A stretch of 64,000 nucleotides of DNA from an uncultured Gammaproteobacteria bacterium (GCA_964596525.1 CAZQUL010000001.1:140830-204829); one strand, 5' to 3'. Counted from the stretch's first letter, positions 1-9,752 are shown. Notes: generated by a model not told the origin, from the sequence alone. Numbers and translations are program-made.

Positions 1-7
1 CTTCAGG

Positions 8-604
8 ATGAATGGCTATCGGATGATGGGATGGATGGCACTTTGGATCGTCATTGCGCTCGGCGCGGCGGCAACGATGCGCTGGATGAATTCGCCCCAA
101 TATGAACACTGGAAGGCCGAACGCAAGCTCCGACAAGAACGGGAAGAATGGGAAAACACGTGGACGTACAAAACTAGCGTGCTCTTGCGCGAGTTAAGTC
201 AGAAAGGGTGCGAACCGGAGCGCGACAGTTCTGACCAGATCTATAGAAGATACTGCGGGCCTCACGCTTCGTGGTTCGCGCTCAACTATCCTCAAGAACT
301 CCAGGAAGAGCTCTTGCGCGAGATGAATCACGAGCATATCGGGTTCGCCAAGCTCGGCATGACGATGAAAGACATCGAGACATTGGTCCAGGCAGCCAAG
401 ATCAAGATCTTGGGTCAGTACCTGGAAGAGCTCCGTTCACGTCGCGGCAACCTGATTCCGGCCGACCTCGAGAAGCTCGACTCCCTCTGCCGGCATGCAC
501 CTGAGCTCTACGCCGCCGCACTGCCTAACGGACCTGTCGCAGGCGAGCTGCAGGCTCTCGAGCGATCCGCTCGCGGACAGACCAAATTCTGCACCGAGGA
601 ATAA
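8..604 (+). CDS. hypothetical protein with N-terminal TM helix
   Basis: 197-aa ORF. Hydrophobic N-terminus (MMGWMALWIVIALGAAA), then a charged and coiled region. Hairpin terminator follows. No recognisable family. Confidence 0.5.
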   Translation: MNGYRMMGWMALWIVIALGAAATMRWMNSPQYEHWKAERKLRQEREEWENTWTYKTSVLLRELSQKGCEPERDSSDQIYRRYCGPHASWFALNYPQELQEELLREMNHEHIGFAKLGMTMKDIETLVQAAKIKILGQYLEELRSRRGNLIPADLEKLDSLCRHAPELYAAALPNGPVAGELQALERSARGQTKFCTEE

Positions 605-618
605 GCAAAAACCTTACC

Positions 619-641
619 GCGCCCCCAAGGGCGCTTTTGTG
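619..641 (+). terminator. rho-independent terminator
   Basis: gcgccc-ccaa-gggcgc hairpin followed by ttttgtg, directly after the stop of the 8..604 gene. Confidence 0.5.
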
Positions 642-658
642 TATATCCTAAGAGAATA

Positions 659-688
659 TTGACTACCATCTCTGCTATAACTAAAATA
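659..688 (+). promoter_or_regulatory. sigma70-like promoter
   Basis: TTGACT, 18-nt spacer, TAAAAT. Lies upstream of the RBS aggagaa and the ATG at 715. Confidence 0.4.
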
Positions 689-714
689 TATTCTCCGAAA
701 GGAGAAAGTATATT

Positions 715-948
715 ATGCGCTCTACCAACAAAGCACCCAAGAAGGCACCCCTCTTTCCCCTGTTCTTTGTCATCATCGCAGCCTGCGGACCCAAGCCGAC
801 CATGCCCGAGTACATCAACCCATCCGCTTCGCCGGGATACAAGGTCGGCAGCCCACCGATTACCAATCCTCGACCGGGTACCGGGTGCGGAAAGGGCTAT
901 GCCGGAGAAGACGGCTACTGCCATGAGGTGTTCGAACGCACCCAGTAA
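715..948 (+). CDS. small secreted or lipoprotein-like protein (77 aa)
   Basis: Signal peptide with Cys (FFVIIAACGPK), good RBS, hairpin terminator after the stop. Confidence 0.55.
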   Translation: MRSTNKAPKKAPLFPLFFVIIAACGPKPTMPEYINPSASPGYKVGSPPITNPRPGTGCGKGYAGEDGYCHEVFERTQ

Positions 949-963
949 CCGCCCACGATCCGC

Positions 964-992
964 CCTCGCTCTTGCCCAGAGCGAGGGTTTTA
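964..992 (+). terminator. rho-independent terminator
   Basis: ccctcgct ... agcgaggg stem followed by tttt. Confidence 0.5.
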
Positions 993-1041
993 ATATGGAC
1001 AACGTACGTATTCAGGTTATAATCAACGTACATTTTTCTCT

Positions 1042-1539
1042 ATGCAAGTCCCCCACCGTAAACCCGGTAAATTCACCCATCTCGTACCCGATCCGCTCAT
1101 TACGCAAGCGAAATTTGACGAACTTACTAAAAAGCTGGAGGGTCTTAAGGCCGCTCGCCCGTACGCTGCCGCCGAGGTAGCCCGGCTTGCCGAGCTCGGT
1201 GATTTTTCCGAAAACGTGGAATATCAACTCGCCAAAGGTAAATTGCGCGGTATCAACAACGGTATTGTGGCACTCGAAAAGCAGCTTATCAACGCGCGCA
1301 TTATTTCAGCAGCTGCCGACACAGAGACTGTGCACATCGGCCACACCGTTACTATCGAGAGCGAGGGAGTTCAAAAAACTTTCCAGATTCTCGGCTCTGT
1401 AGAAACCAAGCCCGGGCACGGAATAATCTCGCATAATTCACCACTGGGCGCCGCGCTCATAGGGCATGCAGTTGGAGATACTGTGACCATCGATCTGCCT
1501 ACCAAAAAAATTTCCTACACGATAGTACGCATCACATAA
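1042..1539 (+). CDS. greA: transcription elongation factor GreA
   Basis: GreA/GreB N-terminal coiled coil (FDELTKKLEGLK ... GDFSENVEYQLAK) and C-terminal FKBP-like domain (GHTVTIE...GKISHNSPLGAALIGH). The first ~17 aa may be an extension or an alternative start. Confidence 0.85.
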   Translation: MQVPHRKPGKFTHLVPDPLITQAKFDELTKKLEGLKAARPYAAAEVARLAELGDFSENVEYQLAKGKLRGINNGIVALEKQLINARIISAAADTETVHIGHTVTIESEGVQKTFQILGSVETKPGHGIISHNSPLGAALIGHAVGDTVTIDLPTKKISYTIVRIT

Positions 1540-1595
1540 TCTTTCTACACAGGGACTCATCGAAAACGAAAAGCCTCCTCATTGCGAGAAGGCTA

Positions 1596-1982
1596 CTAGA
1601 ATGCCGGCTTGGACAATTGGAACTGGGTGTCGGCAAAGGCGCGACTAAGAATATCATCGCGCTCGAGAGCGGCAATGAGGTTCCGAATCAGGCCTTTGAC
1701 AATGACTGTCGGAGCGCCCGCCGGAAGATGCGCGCTAACACCTACCAAGTAGAGGTCTTTAAGCTTTTGGAAGGCCGGCCCGTAGAGCTCTCTCTTACGA
1801 CGCGCCTCCTCGGTGTGCGACACAGGAATTGACAAGGTCGAACTCTCCTCGTGTGATAACTGTTCGATTCCAACCAAAACCGCGAAAGCACGGATGGCCT
1901 GTTCGCCATGAAGTGCGCCGGTTATTTGTTGGCACAAAGCCTCATCCATTTTATAGCGAGCTTTTGGAGAAACAGTGACCAT
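1596..1982 (-). CDS. hypothetical protein
   Basis: ORF 1596..2072. Start chosen at the internal ATG (MVTVSPKARYK...), which has a ggaggt SD 7 nt upstream. No family recognised. Confidence 0.45.
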   Translation of the reverse strand: MVTVSPKARYKMDEALCQQITGALHGEQAIRAFAVLVGIEQLSHEESSTLSIPVSHTEEARRKRELYGPAFQKLKDLYLVGVSAHLPAGAPTVIVKGLIRNLIAALERDDILSRAFADTQFQLSKPAF

Positions 1983-2093
1983 GAAGGAACCTCCGTCTCG
2001 AGTTTGGGCAGGCAAAATGCCTGTCGTTTTTGAAAACAGAACAAACCTACCATGGAAGAGCTGGATCGTCAAACTGTTTTTTTATTCTAACCA

Positions 2094-2123
2094 TTGACAA
2101 AAAAATAAAGAACGGCTCATAAT
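2094..2123 (+). promoter_or_regulatory. sigma70-like promoter
   Basis: TTGACA, 17/18-nt spacer, (T)CATAAT. About 35 nt upstream of the ggaggt RBS of the 2157 gene. Confidence 0.4.
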
Positions 2124-2156
2124 CAAGCGCACCACATCCCCAACCGGAGGTCTTTC

Positions 2157-2609
2157 ATGCACGCATATCGCACCATCTACGGCTATCTCGCCCTTGTATT
2201 CATGCTTGCCGGATGCCAGCACAACATTCGTACCCCGGAGCTGGTTTTTCCACCAGAGAATACCTCGTCGGGCCGAGTGCGCCTCTTTGCACCGGAGCAC
2301 GGCGGAGGAACGGTGTGGTGCATGCAGGTAAGCTGCCCTCTCGATACGCCGCTCGCCAATCTCCGTGATCTCCAACAGGGATCTGATGCATCCGTCCACG
2401 GCACAGCGCTCGAAATCGAATGCGGCCCCCATCGTATCGGCAAGCTCATCATGCCGCCCGAAACGTTCTTTCTGTACCGCGATATCCCCGCACTGCCAGG
2501 CCAAAAAATTCAGCTCATGAATGATTACGCTGTATATAACGCCTGCTTTACAGGCCCGGTTACCATCGAGTCATACCGGCACTGGAGAGTGCAGGAGACG
2601 ACTCGATGA
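2157..2609 (+). CDS. lipoprotein, hypothetical
   Basis: Lipobox LAGC after the signal peptide. Stop overlaps the next start (ATGA). Confidence 0.6.
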   Translation: MHAYRTIYGYLALVFMLAGCQHNIRTPELVFPPENTSSGRVRLFAPEHGGGTVWCMQVSCPLDTPLANLRDLQQGSDASVHGTALEIECGPHRIGKLIMPPETFFLYRDIPALPGQKIQLMNDYAVYNACFTGPVTIESYRHWRVQETTR

Positions 2610-2866
2610 ACGGCACGCTCATTACTTGGCCAGACAACCCTCTCCGGCAACTACTGCTATTTAGCATAGATGGAACAGCCGTTTCCGTAGAAGTGGTGCG
2701 TTCGGAGTCGGAAGCAGAGATATGGACGTGGGAACGGACAGATCGTTTCCAGGAAGATTCAGGTAAGCCGATCATGATCCTCTACGGAGGAACACTCGAA
2801 ATTCCGTATGCGGTACTGCGACAAATTCGCACGGAACCGTCGGGCACGATCGGCTACACACCCTAG
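2606..2866 (+). CDS. hypothetical protein (86 aa), co-transcribed with the upstream lipoprotein
   Basis: 4-bp start/stop overlap with the 2157..2609 gene. Confidence 0.5.
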   Translation: MNGTLITWPDNPLRQLLLFSIDGTAVSVEVVRSESEAEIWTWERTDRFQEDSGKPIMILYGGTLEIPYAVLRQIRTEPSGTIGYTP

Positions 2867-2933
2867 GGCAATTGCAAACAAACGACTCGGCTCTAACCGA
2901 GTCGTTTTTCAATTATTCCGTTTTGAAACGGAT

Positions 2934-4559
2934 TTACTTATTGAGCGCCGCGCGCGTACCCGGCCCAACAGTACCAAGCGGTTCAAGACCGTTCGCGATT
3001 TGGAATTTTTTAACTGCCGCAAGCGTTGCCGCACCGAAGAATCCCGTAGCTTCATCGGTCATAAACCCTTCGTCCTTAAGGCGTTTTTGGAGTTCCACTA
3101 CGTCGGTTCCTTTGGCGCCCGGAGCAATGGCTTTGGTGAAAACATATTTCGATACAGCAACCACGTTCGGCGGGACCGGGGCCGAAACAGGAATGACCGG
3201 TGCCGGGGATACCTGCGCCCCAACCGCAAGACATGATGCACCGCCGCACACGTTAACACTCGCCTCCCCTACTGCCACAGCACGCAGTTTGAGGACATTA
3301 CCGGATAGTTCGGTGGCAAAAGGCGAGCCGGGATTGCCGGAAAGCGTGTAGACGCCCGTGCCGCCCGAGAGAGCCAGCTTCAGTTCTTGGCCGACCGTAA
3401 GGAGATAGCGCGCGCTGAGCACTGAAACGGACGTTGGCGATTGCGAGAATGAAGCGGCATTAACGACAACCGACAAGAGCGTACAATTTCCACCCGACTG
3501 ACACACGGTGATCGTGGTAGAACCAGGACTAGCAGCAGTTACAACGAGCGTCGTACCGCTGATGACCGCAGAAGCAACCGTGGAATTGGAGTTCTGCGCC
3601 ACGGCATAGCCGCCGAGGCCCGTGAGTGTAACATTAGAAGATTGTCCGGCATTAAGCGTGAGTGATGTAGGGTTAAGCGTAAGCGTAGCTGACGAGCCAG
3701 ATGCCACAGTAACGCCGAGCGTACCACAACCACCGTTTGCCGCGCAGACTGTGAGGGTGGCTGAACCCGGAGAATTACCGTAGAGCGTGAGCGTAGAACC
3801 AACAATATTAGCTTGCACCACGTTATTGTTGGAATTGGAAAGTGTGTACGAACCAGATCCGCCGCTTACCGTAACGGCGACAACCTGCCCGGGCATGAGT
3901 GTTGGGTTGCTTTGACTAAACGCTACCGCACCCGAAGAAAAGCCGGCGGATGTTACTGTTACCACCGCGGTCGTGCAATTAGAAGCATTGGCAGCCGAAC
4001 AAATCTGGAGCGTAGTACCGCCAGCAGCTAAACCGTAAATAGTGAATTGATTATTATTCAAAGAAACCGAAGCAACTGACGGACTCGTATTACTCGCGAG
4101 ATAGAGTGAATTGCCCGTAGTGTTATTGACGGTGACAACAGCAGTTTGACCAGCGCCGACCGTGATGCTGCTTTGGCTCAAGGAAATGGTGCCACTCCCC
4201 GATGTGAGCGCACCGTACGGCCACGCGAGCGAATCGGAACGCTGACCATTGACCGAAACATTAAAGAGGCTTCCCGGTGCAATGCTATACGCAGCCGTGG
4301 AAATGGTCATGGTAAACGATCCGGATGAGTTGGTAGCGCCAAGCGAGGTCATTTTAACCGTTGCAGCATTGTCGAGATAATTGAGAATAACGCTACCACC
4401 CGCATCACCGGTAATGTTAAGCTGCACGCTGTCACCCCCGGTAAGCGTAGCGGAGAGCGTCGGTGGTGCGGCGAAAGCTGGGAGTGCGAATGCCGCGTAC
4501 GCAACAGCCGCCACAGCCGCCGCGCTGTTCAAAAATTTTTTAGAAAGAGCACGGGACAT
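2934..4559 (-). CDS. secreted cell-surface protein with tandem Ig-like (~75 aa) repeats and a C-terminal peptidoglycan-binding domain
   Basis: Signal peptide MSRALSKKFLNSAAAVAAVAYAAFALPAFA. At least 5 repeats, each with a conserved Cys pair (e.g. TLQICSAANASNCTTAVVTVT, TLTVCAANGGCGTLGVTVA, TITVCQSGGNCTLLSVVVN). C-terminus GAKGTDVVELQKRLKDEGF...AAVKKFQIANGLEPLGTVGPGTRAAL resembles PG_binding_1. Confidence 0.8.
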   Translation of the reverse strand: MSRALSKKFLNSAAAVAAVAYAAFALPAFAAPPTLSATLTGGDSVQLNITGDAGGSVILNYLDNAATVKMTSLGATNSSGSFTMTISTAAYSIAPGSLFNVSVNGQRSDSLAWPYGALTSGSGTISLSQSSITVGAGQTAVVTVNNTTGNSLYLASNTSPSVASVSLNNNQFTIYGLAAGGTTLQICSAANASNCTTAVVTVTSAGFSSGAVAFSQSNPTLMPGQVVAVTVSGGSGSYTLSNSNNNVVQANIVGSTLTLYGNSPGSATLTVCAANGGCGTLGVTVASGSSATLTLNPTSLTLNAGQSSNVTLTGLGGYAVAQNSNSTVASAVISGTTLVVTAASPGSTTITVCQSGGNCTLLSVVVNAASFSQSPTSVSVLSARYLLTVGQELKLALSGGTGVYTLSGNPGSPFATELSGNVLKLRAVAVGEASVNVCGGASCLAVGAQVSPAPVIPVSAPVPPNVVAVSKYVFTKAIAPGAKGTDVVELQKRLKDEGFMTDEATGFFGAATLAAVKKFQIANGLEPLGTVGPGTRAALNK

Positions 4560-4605
4560 ATATAAAGGATTAGTAATTTTGTAATTATACCATTCTTCTC
4601 CAACA

Positions 4606-4645
4606 AAAAAAGCCGAAGCGGAAACAGGTCGCGCTTCGGCCTACA
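4606..4645 (-). terminator. rho-independent terminator downstream of the GspS-like gene
   Basis: ggccgaagcgcg...cgcttcggc hairpin followed by ttttttt on the minus strand. Confidence 0.5.
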
Positions 4646-4660
4646 GCAATGAACACTCAG

Positions 4661-5809
4661 CTACGGAACGATGATGTGGGGCGCGAAGCGGCAGGCTACG
4701 TCGGTAATGTAACCAGTAGCGTCACGGATGCCGATGCCCGCCGGCTTATCTCCAACGACCCAGCTGCCGATGACCGCGCGACAACCATCACGCTCCGGGG
4801 TAGACACGAAATCCTGGTAAACGTACCCGGAATCGGTGTAGGGGCCGCCAGTTGATTGGATAACACCACCGCTAGCTATTACCGTAACGTTCGCCCCTTC
4901 GCGCGAAAGAACCGGCTTGCGGACGTACGCGGCAAGATGCCGCGGCTGCCCCGCGTATGCAGCGACGAGGTTGGGGTGATCCGGGAAGAGTTCCCAGAGA
5001 ATCGGCAGCATGCCTTTGGACGACATGAGCATCTTCCAGGGTGGTTCAAGCCAGCACATAGCATCAAGGCTCGATTCAAGATGGGCACCGCGCGCTTCGC
5101 GCGTGAGCCACTCCCACGGGTACAGCTTGAACACGTTAGCAAGCGGACGATTCGCCGTATCAACGAATGAACGCAGGCGTTCGCTGTAGCGGATGCAACC
5201 GATATCGATCGACGACACTTCAAGGCCCGAACCGGACGCAAGCGCCGCGCTCATAAGATAAGCGGCCGTTACCACCGCTTCGGGATGCGGAAGCCGCGCG
5301 AAATACACCGGACCCGGCCGCAAGGATTTTCTGAGTTCCCGCCAGGTAGCGACCAAGTGCTCATGGAGCGTATTGAACTGGTCGAATTGACCTCCGTAAT
5401 ACTCCTCTTGCCAATCCCATTGTGTTACCGCGGCCTCAAAGAGCGCAGTTGGTGTATCGGCGTTGTATTCGAGGAGCTTAGGCGGATTCACACCGTCATA
5501 GGCCAAATCGAACCGACCGTACAGCGAGGGTGACCGTTCGTTCCAAGAGCGCTCAACGAGCGGAATGGCAGCCGGCACGATGCCGAGTTCCGCGAACCGC
5601 CGCTTCTCGATCACGTATTCGGCCGCGCGGTGATACAGACGGTTGAGTTCGGCGGTTGCCGCTTCGATCTGGGCAATCTCGGTCTCGTGGAAGCGGTAAC
5701 AAACACTCTCGTCCCAGTAAGGAACTCCACCGGAGGTGTGGTATATGAGTCCGCGAGCTTCTACTTTGCGCTGCCAGTCGTTTCGGGGAGCGCAACGAGT
5801 CCTCTCCAT
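4661..5809 (-). CDS. glutathionylspermidine synthase family protein (GspS/YgiC/YjfC-like ATP-grasp)
   Basis: Full-length similarity to the pre-ATP-grasp GspS synthetase family (PYWDESVCYRF...EYNADTPT...VRKPVLSREGANV). Confidence 0.85.
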   Translation of the reverse strand: MERTRCAPRNDWQRKVEARGLIYHTSGGVPYWDESVCYRFHETEIAQIEAATAELNRLYHRAAEYVIEKRRFAELGIVPAAIPLVERSWNERSPSLYGRFDLAYDGVNPPKLLEYNADTPTALFEAAVTQWDWQEEYYGGQFDQFNTLHEHLVATWRELRKSLRPGPVYFARLPHPEAVVTAAYLMSAALASGSGLEVSSIDIGCIRYSERLRSFVDTANRPLANVFKLYPWEWLTREARGAHLESSLDAMCWLEPPWKMLMSSKGMLPILWELFPDHPNLVAAYAGQPRHLAAYVRKPVLSREGANVTVIASGGVIQSTGGPYTDSGYVYQDFVSTPERDGCRAVIGSWVVGDKPAGIGIRDATGYITDVACRFAPHIIVP

Positions 5810-5812
5810 GGC

Positions 5813-6169
5813 TTAGGTTCCTCCTGAGCCGCCGAAGCCGCGGCCGTTGGAGCCGAGACGGGCATTGCGCGGCAGGTAGCCGGTATGCGGCACAACCGTG
5901 GCGTGCTCACTCGGTTCAAGACTGCCACCGGAAATTTTACTGCCAACCGGATGATATGTCGGGTGATACACGTAGTGGCCCTGAGAGCCACCACCGTCTT
6001 GCGCACTCAAAAACCCATCACGCTTATTGGGAGCCGCACAGCTCTGCTCCTCCACAACAACACCATCACCGTTCACGCAGTGTTCGATCTCTTCGTAATC
6101 GTCGCAGCCGCTTGCAGCAGCGAGCACAAGAGCAAAACCAGCCGGAATCAACGATGTTTTACGGCGCAT
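5813..6169 (-). CDS. small lipoprotein, hypothetical (possibly YjfM/DUF1190-like partner of the GspS homologue)
   Basis: ORF 5813..6205. Probable start at the internal Met (MRRKTSLIPAGFALVLAAASGC) with a lipobox. Separated from the GspS start by only 3 bp. Confidence 0.5.
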   Translation of the reverse strand: MRRKTSLIPAGFALVLAAASGCDDYEEIEHCVNGDGVVVEEQSCAAPNKRDGFLSAQDGGGSQGHYVYHPTYHPVGSKISGGSLEPSEHATVVPHTGYLPRNARLGSNGRGFGGSGGT

Positions 6170-6337
6170 ATCCTTCTTCTCCACAGGGCAACCTATGCCC
6201 CTCAAATAACCCAGAAACGCTTCTTGAGAGGCACAGGGAAAGATACCAAATCATATGAAATTTACGGATTTTTGTCAATGATACGCCCTTAACAAAACCA
6301 CCCCGCGTAGATGCGAGGTGGTGATGCAATTTGGCAA

Positions 6338-8341
6338 TCAAAAGGTGTTTTCGTTGATGAAGCGGCGTGTGTTTTCGAGGAAGAGACCGGTGCCGCGCGC
6401 GAGACCGAGCGGGGCAAGAATTTTTTCAGGGTAGCGTTCTTGCAAGAGGAGCACGGCGCGATAGGTACCGTCGCCGAAATAGGTGGTTTCTTGTCCCGGA
6501 GAGCCAGGGCCTTCAGTGGCGACGAGAAAACCGCGGGTGTTGAGGAATTTTTGTAACTCGCGCACGTCGGTACCGCGCATGCCGAAACGCAGGTTGCGGG
6601 TAAAGATGTAGGCACTACGCATGCCGGTCGTTGGCGTGGAGGCCGGGAAGATTGGCTCGAGAGGAGCTGAGGCCGGAAAGGAAACCACTGGCGAAGGAAT
6701 GGGAGCGCTCTGCGACGGGGCCGGGGTTGGCTGGGGCGGCGTACCACCAGACGGAGAGGGAGCAGGCGTTCCCCCGCCAGCAGCTACACCGACCACGGCT
6801 GCCGAACGAACCGTGACGCTGCGGCTGACCGACGGACTCGCCGCATTGCCGGCCGGATCGGTCACGTTATAAACCACAGTGTAGGTACCATTAATTGCGG
6901 CATTTACGGTACCGGACGTAGTGACGCGCCCGGCGATATTGCCACTCGCCGCATCGAGGGCCGAAACGCCGGGATCGATGAACGTTTCACCATTGGTAAT
7001 CGTCATTTCGGCATCTCCAAGAAGAGTGAGAGCGGGAGCAACGTTGTCAATGAGGATAGCGGACGATGTGGCGAAGGCGGAGGTGTTGCCAGCCGAGTCA
7101 CGGATACGGACACGGAAGTACCAGGTGCCATCGGGAAGGGACGAGGTAACAGTAAGACTCGTAAGCCCGGTGGACGAACTGAACACCGTACCCGCGAAAA
7201 CGCTCGACGTGCTCCACTGGACCAGGTATGGCATGAGCGGAAATTCGCCGCCATCAGGGGTTACAGACCAAGTAACGGTCGGAGTCGTGTTCGTGGTCGG
7301 CGAGGTAGAAGTGGGAACTCCGGGCATGGTCGGCGGCGTAATATCGAAATATTGCAGAAGCGGATACGTGCCCGTAGTAAAGGACCAGATGCTGGCGAAA
7401 TCCCATCCCGCGTAGGTAGCCTGAGTTTGCATAGCAAGCGTGGTGGTACCCGTACCGCCTTTGGAACTGGCCTGTCCAGACCTGGTGACATCCCAATAAC
7501 TGTCGGTGACGATGGCGCCGGTCGTGGTAACACCCACCAAACCGCCAACCACCGCACTCGGCGTGGAAACCGACCCTTTGGAATAACTTTTGTCGACTAC
7601 GGCAGGAGACGTAAGGCTACCCACCAAGCCGCCGACGTTGTCGCCCGTAGCAGTAACGTTGACATGGGAAAAAGAATTACTGATTGTGCCGCTCGTGCTC
7701 AAACCAACCAAGCCGCCGAGCGTAGACTCACTACCGTTCTTGACTATGGAAATAGTACCGGTGGAAAAACTACGACTAATAGTGCTACTACCATGCATCG
7801 CACCGATCAAGCCGCCAACTATCGAATAACCGCTGCTTATGGTTACGTTGGAAGTGACACCCGTCACGGTTGAACTGGTAAGCTGGCCGACCACGCCGCC
7901 CATAATACTGATAAGTGCGCCCGATGATACGAGACCCTGAATGTTAACGTTGGTAATGGTACTATTATTAACGACCGCAGCTAAAATACCCACTTGGAAG
8001 TTGCCGTAAACCTGGGCGTTGGTCATTTTGAGGTTACGAATAGTGGCGCCATCGACGGTACCGAACAAACCGCGGCCGTTGATACCGGTGAAGATGCTGA
8101 AGTTATTGATCGTGAAACCGTCACCATCGAAGACGCCGCCGAAATTGCTGATGGGAGTAAACGATGAGCTGTTCGAACACGTAATATCGTTGATGAGCTG
8201 ATAGGTAGACGTGGTATCGGCCGGAATCGCTTGCAATTGTGCGCACGTACTAATAGTTGTCGTAGTAGCCTGCGCACTAGTGGGAAGTAAAAAAAATCCT
8301 ACAGCAAGCACTGCAACAAGAGACACTAAAAATAATTTCAT
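6338..8341 (-). CDS. secreted surface protein with GLUG-motif repeats, a DUF5011 Ig-like domain, a Pro-rich linker and a C-terminal PG-binding domain
   Basis: Signal peptide. Repeated GGLVG/GGLIG/GGVVG motifs. DUF5011-like block (ITNGETFIDPGVSALDAASGNIAGRV...GTYTVVYNVTDPAGNAA). Linker PAPSPSGGTPPQPTPAPSQSAP. C-terminal GMRGTDVRELQKFLNTRGF...LLLQERY resembles PG_binding_1. Confidence 0.8.
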   Translation of the reverse strand: MKLFLVSLVAVLAVGFFLLPTSAQATTTTISTCAQLQAIPADTTSTYQLINDITCSNSSSFTPISNFGGVFDGDGFTINNFSIFTGINGRGLFGTVDGATIRNLKMTNAQVYGNFQVGILAAVVNNSTITNVNIQGLVSSGALISIMGGVVGQLTSSTVTGVTSNVTISSGYSIVGGLIGAMHGSSTISRSFSTGTISIVKNGSESTLGGLVGLSTSGTISNSFSHVNVTATGDNVGGLVGSLTSPAVVDKSYSKGSVSTPSAVVGGLVGVTTTGAIVTDSYWDVTRSGQASSKGGTGTTTLAMQTQATYAGWDFASIWSFTTGTYPLLQYFDITPPTMPGVPTSTSPTTNTTPTVTWSVTPDGGEFPLMPYLVQWSTSSVFAGTVFSSSTGLTSLTVTSSLPDGTWYFRVRIRDSAGNTSAFATSSAILIDNVAPALTLLGDAEMTITNGETFIDPGVSALDAASGNIAGRVTTSGTVNAAINGTYTVVYNVTDPAGNAASPSVSRSVTVRSAAVVGVAAGGGTPAPSPSGGTPPQPTPAPSQSAPIPSPVVSFPASAPLEPIFPASTPTTGMRSAYIFTRNLRFGMRGTDVRELQKFLNTRGFLVATEGPGSPGQETTYFGDGTYRAVLLLQERYPEKILAPLGLARGTGLFLENTRRFINENTF

Positions 8342-8528
8342 ACCCTCCTTGGAGTTAAATGCAATGATTATAGTATAGCACGCCGACTAGAAATTTATAA
8401 CACGCATCGATTACTATACGAATCTTTTGCAGTTACTGCGCACCGCCCATTTGAAAGTTATTATTTAAAATTAAAAATCTGGATACTAGAGGTGTGGTAT
8501 TTTTTAATTCCCATTGTAATTATCACGT

Positions 8529-9203
8529 TTACTTATTGCGATCCTTCACCACCACACCATCTTTAAGTTCAACGATGCGTTTCGCGAGCTCCGCGTATTC
8601 CATTTCGTGCGTGACCATAATGATGGTCTGACCTTCTTTGTGTAGATCGAGGAACGCTTCCATGACGAGCTTGGAACTTGCCGAGTCGAGGTTTGCAGTC
8701 GGTTCATCGGCGAAGAGTACATGCGGGTCATGAGCGACCGCGCGAGCAATGGAAACACGCTGCTGTTGCCCGCCGGAGAGCTGGCTCGGCAAGTTGTTTT
8801 TGCGATCGGCAAGACCGACGCGGGTAAGCGCAATGATTGCTTTCGCTTCGGCTTCTTTTTTTGAGGCGCCTTGCATAAGGATCGGAAGGGAAACGTTTTC
8901 GAGCGCACTGAGTTCGGGTAAAAGGGCATAATCTTGGAAGACGAAGCCCATTTTTTGGAGACGGAGCGCGGTTTTGCGCGCTTCACTTAGACTCGAGGTG
9001 GCGAGATTGTCAAAATAAATTTCACCGCTCGAAGGAGTATCGAGAAGCGAGAGTTGATACAGAAGCGTGGATTTTCCGGCGCCGGACGGGCCGATAATCG
9101 AAGCGAATTCGCCGGTTTTGAATTCGAGATCGATGGATTTAAGAACCGTGAGTTCGGCATCGCCAGAGATGTATTTTTTGACGAGTTTTTGGGAGGAGAT
9201 CAT
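8529..9203 (-). CDS. ABC transporter ATP-binding protein (MacB/LolD-type)
   Basis: Walker A GPSGAGKST, signature LSGGQQQRVSIARA, Walker B LFADEPTANLD. ORF 8529..9278. Start placed at MISSQKLVKKY so that the distance to Walker A is typical. Confidence 0.85.
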   Translation of the reverse strand: MISSQKLVKKYISGDAELTVLKSIDLEFKTGEFASIIGPSGAGKSTLLYQLSLLDTPSSGEIYFDNLATSSLSEARKTALRLQKMGFVFQDYALLPELSALENVSLPILMQGASKKEAEAKAIIALTRVGLADRKNNLPSQLSGGQQQRVSIARAVAHDPHVLFADEPTANLDSASSKLVMEAFLDLHKEGQTIIMVTHEMEYAELAKRIVELKDGVVVKDRNK

Positions 9204-9298
9204 AGGATTGACAAAAAAACAAAAGCTCATTATAATTAAACGTTTCCTGCCACGGATAGCCAAGCAAACAAACAGCACACAAGCATAAGGAGATCCTC

Positions 9299-9577
9299 AT
9301 GGACGGTTACTACGGTTCGGCTATTACACGGATATTTTCAGGATTCTGCAAGCCGTTTGACCTCAAAGAGCGATGGAATGAAAAGGAGATCGAGTTCAAA
9401 ATCGAAATTCCGCCGGAAGGAGATCTGTTGATCTACAACGAGAATCTCAACAGACTCCAGACAGCTACCAAATCGCCTTTCTGCCCCCGCATCTTGTGCA
9501 GTCGGGACAAAGACCATGTTCGCATCTTGGTGACAGAAGTCTTCTTCCCAAAGGCAGAGATCGATTTACACACTTAG
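9299..9577 (+). CDS. hypothetical small protein (92 aa)
   Basis: Strong SD (aaggag) 6 nt upstream of the ATG. No family recognised. Confidence 0.4.
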   Translation: MDGYYGSAITRIFSGFCKPFDLKERWNEKEIEFKIEIPPEGDLLIYNENLNRLQTATKSPFCPRILCSRDKDHVRILVTEVFFPKAEIDLHT

Positions 9578-9723
9578 TGACCATACCCCATCAAACAGTG
9601 TCGGCAGAGACCTGAACCAGGCGCTCACCGACTCTACTACTGAATTGTTCGGTAGTAAAGTCGGCGCCTGGTTTTTGGTTTGTAAAAACCAAACTGAACT
9701 AGGGACTATTTTCCTTAATACAT

Positions 9724-9752
9724 TGACAAAAAGCATCGTGAGGGGTAGTATC
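9724..9752 (+). promoter_or_regulatory. near-consensus sigma70 promoter
   Basis: TTGACA, 17 nt, TAGTAT, about 50 nt upstream of the 9803 start. Confidence 0.5.
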
